Made by a program: the position numbers and the translations under genes. Below are positions 1 through 5,276 of a stretch of 5,414 nucleotides of DNA, in pieces; the first letter of the stretch is position 1, and every line of letters begins with the position of its first letter. The notes under the pieces are model-generated. The model was not told the DNA's origin, did not search any database, and saw only the letters and a program-made list of their open reading frames with translations. Source of the stretch: Octopus sinensis (taxonomy: Eukaryota). The stretch is taken from assembly GCF_006345805.1 (NCBI RefSeq), contig NW_021830058.1, positions 1-5,414 on the forward strand. The letters are read 5' to 3'.

Positions 1-303
1 CTCGTGAGTTAATGGGAGGCAGGCTTTTTCTTTAACCCGGAGCAATTGTGGAAACTCCTGACGAGAAACAAGATCATGTTGGTCAGATTTCGAAATCACG
101 TGAAAGGGTTTTAGCCAACTACTTCATTCTGTGACTTGCATTTATCTCGCCGAAGAAAGACGCTGTGGCTTGCTGCTCGCAGTCCCGAATATTTCATGAG
201 ATTGGTGTTTTTGTGTCACCGTTTGAGTTATATTTTTGACTCCCATTTCTAGCAATTGCAGTTACTATCTTGAACAGACCTTTCGCTTTTCGTATTTCTG
301 CAG

Positions 304-357
304 ACATGCAAATAACTTATTTGTTATCAAACATGATAATATGAGCTATTTGCATGT
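304..357. repeat. Perfect 11-bp inverted repeat (acatgcaaata ... tatttgcatgt), the core of a longer fold-back at 287-373
   Basis: 304-314 is the exact reverse complement of 347-357. Pairing extends inward (316-320/341-345; 323-328/335-340) and outward (to 287/373). Confidence 0.8.
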
Positions 358-434
358 TTTGGCGGTACGGAAACAAATTTGCCGTGACATTTTGATGCTT
401 TATTCTTAAATAAAGTTCCTCGTGAGTTTTATCC

Positions 435-781
435 ATCATTTATATCTTCGTATTCTCCTTATATATACAACACTAACGAATGGAGAATTATACATTTTTA
501 TTCAGCTTACGTGCGTTTCAGATATAATGACATTACACCATTCTGCGGTATATTAACCCTGCATACTAATCCATCCCTATTTGAGCGACTAGGCTTTTAC
601 AGAAATATAGAAATTAGCACCAACACGTTCTTCTCAGAACCTCGTCACTCTGCTAGAAATAGAGAACAGCTAACAATTAAAGAAGGTAGGTATTATAAAA
701 CTTATCAATATTTGGTAAAAAAACAAACGACTTGATGTGTTTATCAGCAGACTTGCGAAGACATTAAAAAGTTGAAATAGT
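435..781 (+). repeat. Local duplication, copy A (347 bp), no recognisable family
   Basis: 435-734 aligns to 1000-1300 with 9 substitutions and one poly-A indel by manual alignment (~97%). 743-781 aligns to 2188-2226 (38/39). Confidence 0.95.
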
Positions 782-966
782 TACGCACTAGTGTCGATAT
801 AATCGACTTAATACCTATGTCTGTCCTTGCTTGTCCTCTCTGTGTTTAGCCCCTTCTGGATAGTAAAGAAATAAGTATTTCGTCTGTTTTTAAGTTCTGA
901 GTTCAAATTCCGCCGAGGTCGACTTTGCCTTTCATCCTTTCAGGGTCGATAAATTAAGTACCAGTT
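779..966 (+). mobile_element. tRNA-derived SINE family B, one circularly permuted ~184-bp body unit (no head)
   Basis: Reverse-complement homologue of the 4458-5194 repeat unit. It starts at agttacgcac, crosses the tail-to-body junction at 873/874 (aaagaaata|agtatttcg) and ends at taagtaccagtt. Confidence 0.9.
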
Positions 967-1000
967 GCATCTTAATCGACCAGTTAAGTACCATTAAGTA
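954..1000 (+). repeat. Junction micro-repeats: ttaagtacca x2 plus ttaagta, and ccagtt x2
   Basis: ttaagtacca at 954-963 and 984-993, ttaagta at 994-1000, ccagtt at 961-966 and 980-985, all directly at the start of duplication copy B. Confidence 0.85.
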
Positions 1001-1300
1001 TCATTTATATCTTCGTATTCTCCTTATATATACAACACTAACGAATGGAGAATTATACAATTTTATTCAGCTTACGTGCGTTTCAGATATAATGACATTA
1101 CACCATTCTGCGGTATATTAACCCTGCATACTAATCCATCCCTAGTTGAGCGACTAGGCTTTTACAAAAATATAGAAATTAGCACCAACACGTGCTTCTC
1201 AGAGCCTCGTCACTCTGCTAGAAATAGAGAACAGCGAACAATTAAAGTAGGTATATATTATAAAACTTATCAATATTTGGTAAAAAAAACAAACGACTTG
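1000..1300 (+). repeat. Local duplication, copy B, left part
   Basis: Matches 435-734 at an offset of 565 bp. Confidence 0.95.
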
Positions 1301-1550
1301 CAGATAGGATGTTGGAGCTTATTTGATAGCAGACTACAATGCGCTAGGTTAAGCATACCTTGTACTGAGTGCCACACATGATGGAGGGAGACACGATCAG
1401 TCAGTATCCTGTGGAGTTTGGATACACAAGTAACAGCAGTCATTATGTTGAAGTGACTTATTGATGATGTTGGGGTACAAGGGTGGTTGTATGAACAACA
1501 TGCATCAGCTGTAGTATATAAGTCAGCTAGGCTAGTAGCAACAGTGGGAT
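1301..1550. other. Unidentified sequence present only in copy B (left part of the 887-bp insert)
   Basis: Absent from copy A and more GC-balanced than the flanks. No recognisable ORF or family. Confidence 0.6.

Positions 1551-1602
<52 letters not shown>
1551..1602 (-). repeat. (GTTA)13 / (TAAC)13 microsatellite, the 3' tail of the CR1 element
   Basis: 13 perfect tetramers, ~64 bp downstream of the ORF2 stop on the minus strand. CR1/L2-clade LINEs typically end in short tandem repeats. Confidence 0.9.
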
Positions 1603-1666
1603 ATTTGGCTCAAAAGCAAATAGCAAGGTCATGTAGGGGGACATGGAGTTAAGTGCAGGGTGGTGT

Positions 1667-2026
1667 TCATGTAAAGAGTTCAGGCCACTTGAGGTCAAGG
1701 GAGGCTTTGAACAAAGCGGTCGTCGGCATCTTCACCATCTCGTCTGGCAGCTTGTTCCACGGATCCGTAACCCGGACGGAGAAAGCTCCTCTCCTTCGAT
1801 TGAGATGAAATCGTTGCAGGTAGAGCTTTCCGGAATGACCCCGCAGCCGACGCTCTGGAGCAGAATTGAAGAACGGCTCTTTCGAGAGGTTACACTTTCC
1901 GCTTATGATGTTGTGGGCAAGAATGAGATCACCACGGCGGCGGCGTTTTTCTAGAGAATAAAGGTCGAGCGTCCTCAGCCTTTCTTCATAGGACAAATTT
2001 TTGAGACCATGAACCATGCGGGTAAG
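1667..2026 (-). pseudogene. CR1 ORF2 C-terminal fragment (~119 codons, no internal stop; RT and endonuclease domains absent)
   Basis: Part of ORF 1667..2074(-). Homology begins at about residue 17-18. The track's start at 2074 is TTG and lies in non-LINE flank. Confidence 0.88.
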
Positions 2027-2187
2027 CTCATTCTTCCTATTACTGGATACTGTGAGCTGGTGGACTCTGTGCAAGTTTCTCAGAGAGGCACAGGTTGCAG
2101 TTACAAGTGCTAGATGAGAAAGTAGGGACTCTGTAGTAAAGCCACCTCCTTCTTAGAAGAGGATATTAGTCTTGCAAGATGCATGGA
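2027..2187. other. Unidentified sequence present only in copy B (right part of the 887-bp insert)
   Basis: Lies between the CR1 5' truncation point and the resumption of copy B at 2188. Absent from copy A. Confidence 0.55.
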
Positions 2188-2226
2188 ATCAGCAGACTAG
2201 CGAAGACATTAAAAAGTTGAAATAGT
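2188..2226 (+). repeat. Local duplication, copy B, right part
   Basis: atcagcagactagcgaagacattaaaaagttgaaatagt matches 743-781 with one mismatch. Confidence 0.93.
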
Positions 2227-2416
2227 ATACTCTCTTTACTTGTTTCAGTCATTTTGACTGCAGCCATGCTGGAGCACCGCCTTTAGTCGACCAAATCGAC
2301 CCCGGGACTTATTCTTTGTAAGCCCAGTACTTATTCTATCGGTCTCTTTTGCCGAACCGCTAAGTGACAGGGACGTAAACACACCAGCATCGTTTGTCAA
2401 GCAATGCTAGGGGGAC

Positions 2417-2436
2417 AAACACAGACACACAAACAT

Positions 2437-2467
<31 letters not shown>

Positions 2468-2479
2468 CATACATATATA
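2417..2479. repeat. (CA)n/(TA)n compound microsatellite internal to SINE A
   Basis: Directly visible: acaaacacagacacacaaacatacacacacac...atatatatacatacatatata. Confidence 0.9.
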
Positions 2480-3380
2480 CGACAGGCTTCTTTCAGTTTC
2501 CGTCTACCAAATCCACTCACAAGGCATTGGTCGGCCCGGGACTATAGCAGAAGACACTTGCCCAAGGTGCCACGCAGTGGGACTGAACCCGGAACCATGT
2601 GCTTGGTAAGCAAGCTACTTACCACACAGCCACTCCTGCGCCTATATATATATATATACATATACGACAGGCTTCTTTCAGTTTCCGTCTACCAAATCCA
2701 CTCACAAGACATTGGTCGGCCCGGGGCTATAGCAGAAGACACCTGCCAAAGATGCCACGCAGTGGGACTGAACCCGAAACCATGCTAGTTAGCAAGCTAC
2801 TTACCACACAGCCACTCCGCGCCTATATATATATATATATATATACATATACGACAGGCTTCTTTCAGTTTCGTCTACCAAATCCACTCACAAGGCATTG
2901 GTCGGCCGGGGCTATAGCAGAAGACTTGCCCAAGATGCCACGCAGTGGGACTGAACCCGGAACCATGTTGGTTAGCAAGCTACTTACCACACAGCCACTC
3001 CTGCGCCTATATATATATAATATTATATAACATATACGACGGCTTCTTTCAGTTTCCGTTCTACCAAATCCACTCACAGGCATTGGTCGGCCCGGGGCTA
3101 TAGCAGAAGACACTTGCCCAAGATGCCACGCAGTGAGACTGAACCCTGAACCATGTGGTTGGTAAGCAAGCTACTTACCACACAGCCACTCCTGCGCCTA
3201 TGTATATAAATACATATATACGACAGGCTTCTTTCAGTTTCCGTCTACCAAATCCACTCACAAGCATTGGTCGGCCCGGGGCTATAGCAGAAGACACTTG
3301 CACAAGATGCCACGCTGTGGGACTGAACCCGGAACCATGTGGTTGGTAAGCAAGCTACTTACCGCACAGCCATCCTGCGC

Positions 3381-3414
<34 letters not shown>

Positions 3415-3598
3415 TAGATATATATATACATATACGACAGGCTTCTTTCAGTTTCCGTCTACCAAATCCACTCACAAGGCATTGGTCGGCCCGGGGCTAT
3501 AGCAGAAGACACTTGCCCAAGATGCCACGCAGTGGGACTGAACCCGGAACCATGTGGTTGGTTAGCAAGCTACTTACCACACAGCCACTCCTGCACCT
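2480..3598 (-). repeat. Tandem array of six SINE-A heads (~157-164 bp each) separated by (TA)n spacers
   Basis: Units at 2480-2643, 2665-2824, 2852-3008, 3037-3199, 3221-3382 and 3435-3598. Start-to-start periods are 185, 187, 185, 184 and 214 bp. Confidence 0.97.
3534..3587 (-). promoter_or_regulatory. Pol III type-2 internal promoter of the 5'-most SINE-A head (A box 3577-3587, B box 3534-3544), repeated in each head
   Basis: TGGCTGTGTGG resembles the A box (TRGYNNARNNG) and GGTTCAGTCCC resembles the B box (GGTTCRANNCC), each with one mismatch, at tRNA-like spacing. Activity is not shown. Confidence 0.6.
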
Positions 3599-4276
3599 AT
3601 AGTAATGTAATATGGCAAACTTTCTCATCGCTGTTAAACTGTTACTGATTTCAACAGTTATAGAGTGGCGGGGCAACAATGTTTAAAGGAGTTTATAAGA
3701 TAAATTATTTAGGTCACAATATAATGAGATTAAATCAGTATTAATGTGAGAAGAATGCTTTAAGTAGAAGACAGAATGGTTAATGGAAATTCCAAATAGA
3801 ATTATCTGTCAATTATTTGCTAAGGAATATACTTTAGTTAGGAGAGATTGTTTTCCTTAAAGAATTAAATATTTAAAACGTAAAATTTAAAATAATTACA
3901 AAACGGTTGTGATAACCTAAGGTAAAAAGATTTGAATTAAATTAAGATTAATTAGAAATAAAACGGCAAATAAGAATATGGGTAATAATAACATAAACGT
4001 AGCAAAATATAGGAATATAAATTGAAAAGATGCTGGGGAAATAATTAAATAATTAAAACTAATTAAAAAAATTATTGGATTATCAAATTATAGATTTAAA
4101 AAAAAAATTAGTTGATGATAAAATAGAATCCATATCAACAGTGGTACTGATAACAGTTAGAAGACCGGTTTGAGATTAGATTAAGAAGAGAATTATTTGA
4201 GACTGTCTAGTTTAATATATGAAGCATGAATTATGACGGGCCTCAGATGCAGAGGAAGTCCCGACCAGTTATAAGG

Positions 4277-4457
4277 ATTTCAAATTGTAGCACAGGGCCA
4301 GCATTCTTTGGAAGAGGGGTTAAGATGATTAGATCGATCCCAGTACGCAGCTTGTTTTTATTTTATCGACTCCAAAGGGACGAGAGGCGATGTTGATTTT
4401 GGCGGGATTTGAACGAAATATCCCCCCGGGTATTTCGTCCTGCGCCATAACGATTCT
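4277..4457 (-). mobile_element. Older, diverged SINE-B-related copy, interrupted in its head (remainder at 5263-5276)
   Basis: gattagatcgatcccagtacgcagcttgtttttattttatcgactccaaagggacgagaggcgatgttgattttggcgggatttgaac is a decayed version of the SINE-B unit. It is followed by head-like tatttcgtcctgcgccataacgattct. The left boundary is approximate. Confidence 0.75.
4440..4457 (+). repeat. Target-site duplication, left copy (18 bp)
   Basis: ctgcgccataacgattct vs ctgcgcaataacaattct at 5245-5262, 16/18 identical. Confidence 0.8.
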
Positions 4458-5244
4458 TATTCCTTTATGACCCACAAGGGGCTAAACACAGAGGGGACAA
4501 ACAAAGACAGACAAACGGATTAAGTCGAATACATTGACCCCAGTGCGTAACTGGTACTTAATTTATCGAGCCCGAAAGAATGAAAGGCAAAGTCGACCTT
4601 GGTGGAATTTGAACTCAGAACGTAACGGCAGACGAAATACCCATTTATTTACTACCCACAAGGGGCTAAACATAGAGGTGACAAACAAAGACAGACAAAG
4701 GAATTAAGTCGAATACATTGACTCCAGTGCGTAACTGGTACTTAATTTATCGACCCCGAAAGGATGAAAGGCAAAGTCGACCTTGGCGGAATTTGTACTC
4801 AGAACGTAAAGACAGACGAAAATACCTATTTCTTTACTACCCACAAGGGGCAAAACATAGAGGGGCCAAACAAAGATAGACAAAGGAATTAAGTCGAATA
4901 CATTGACCCCAGTGCGTAACTGGTACTTAATTTATCGACCCCGAAAGGATGAAAGGCAAAGTCGACCTTGGCGGAATTTGAACTCAGAACGTAACGGCAG
5001 ACGAAATACCCATTTATTTACTACCCACAAGGGGCTAAACATAGAGGTGAAAAACAAAGACAGACAAACGGATTAAGGCGATTACATTGACCCCAGTGTG
5101 TAACTGGTACTTAATTTATCGACCCCGAAAGGATGAAAGGCAAAGTCGACCTTGGCGGAATTTGAACTCACAACGTAACGGCAGACGAAATACCACTAAG
5201 CATTTCTCCCGGCGCGCAAACGATTCTACCGGCTCGCCGCCTTT
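4458..5244 (-). mobile_element. tRNA-derived SINE family B: one head (5195-5241) plus four tandem 184-185-bp bodies
   Basis: Minus-strand 5' end ggcggcgagccggtagaatcgtttgcgcgccgggagaaatgcttagtgg (A-box-like), B-box-like gagttcaaattcc (5157-5169). Units at 4458-4641, 4642-4826, 4827-5010 and 5011-5194. The central gtcgactttgcctttcatcctttcggggtcgataaattaagtaccag resembles my recollection of the Meta-type SINE domain (unverified). Confidence 0.9.
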
Positions 5245-5262
5245 CTGCGCAATAACAATTCT
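5245..5262 (+). repeat. Target-site duplication, right copy (18 bp)
   Basis: Matches 4440-4457 at 16/18 and is followed by the missing head end of the older SINE. Confidence 0.8.
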
Positions 5263-5276
5263 GTCAGATTGCTGCC
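5263..5276 (-). mobile_element. Displaced 5' tip of the older SINE-B-related copy
   Basis: gtcagattgctgcc aligns to the young copy's head end accggctcgccgcc with CpG-type decay and completes the element broken at 4457. Confidence 0.6.

Larger units (their letters stand above)
1551..2026 (-). mobile_element. 5'-truncated CR1-clade non-LTR retrotransposon (ORF2 C-terminus, 3' UTR and tail)
   Basis: The translation TRMVHGLKNLSYEERLRTLDLYSLEKRRRRGDLILAHNII...RLRGHSGKL...FSVRVTDPWNKLP...FKASLD matches the characteristic CR1 post-RT motifs (YEERL, SLE.RR.RGDL, RGH..KL, FS.RV...WN.LP, FK..LD). It is followed by a short UTR with a small catgt/acatg hairpin (1630-1645) and a tandem-repeat tail. Confidence 0.92.
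2227..3600 (-). mobile_element. tRNA-derived SINE family A (octopus OR-type, CORE-like), with six tandem heads, one body and one tail
   Basis: Minus strand reads aggcgcaggagTGGCTGTGTGGtaag...ccgGGTTCAGTCCCactgcgtggca(c/t)cttgggcaagtgtctt: A box, B box, then a CORE-like ccttgggcaagt. An internal (TA)n/(TG)n tract and a single 3' part ending ...gactgaaacaagtaaagagagtat follow. The family name is from memory and was not database-checked. Confidence 0.85.

Noticed and set aside
1-428. 10-bp direct repeat ctcgtgagtt at 1-10 and 419-428 as a TSD
   Set aside because: The enclosed sequence has no terminal inverted repeats or tail, and the left copy is cut by the window edge, so it cannot be evaluated.
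511-1381. Near-identical ORFs 511..735 and 1076..1381 as paralogous small genes
   Set aside because: Both start at GTG and are similar only because the DNA is duplicated. Most substitutions within them change the amino acid, the C-termini differ by a frameshift or insert, and there is no recognisable domain.
1446-1543. Possible solo LTR (TGTTG...CAACA ends, TATA-like motif)
   Set aside because: Only 98 bp, no flanking TSD, no canonical AATAAA, and no PBS or PPT. 5-bp inverted ends are expected by chance.
1551-1602. Telomere-like or interstitial telomeric repeat
   Set aside because: The unit is TTAG, not TTAGGG or TTAGG, and its position is fully explained as the CR1 3' tail.
1643-1954. 103-aa plus-strand ORF
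   Set aside because: Antisense shadow of the CR1 ORF2 fragment.
2027-2074. N-terminal extension making a chimeric 135-aa CR1 fusion protein
   Set aside because: The annotated start is TTG in flanking DNA. The first ATG is residue 20, inside the LINE fragment, and there is no sign of a promoter or splice context.
2480-3598. CRISPR-like array (conserved repeats with variable spacers)
   Set aside because: The repeats are ~160 bp, the spacers are simple (TA)n tracts, there are no cas genes, and the context is eukaryotic.
3534-3598. Bona fide tRNA genes in the SINE heads
   Set aside because: There are A/B-box-like motifs but no complete cloverleaf or acceptor stem, and they run directly into SINE body sequence.
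2394-3679. Cluster of ORFs in the SINE-A array (e.g. the 143-aa 2599..3030)
   Set aside because: Translations of SINE and microsatellite sequence (YIYI and THTH runs); frames shift between copies.
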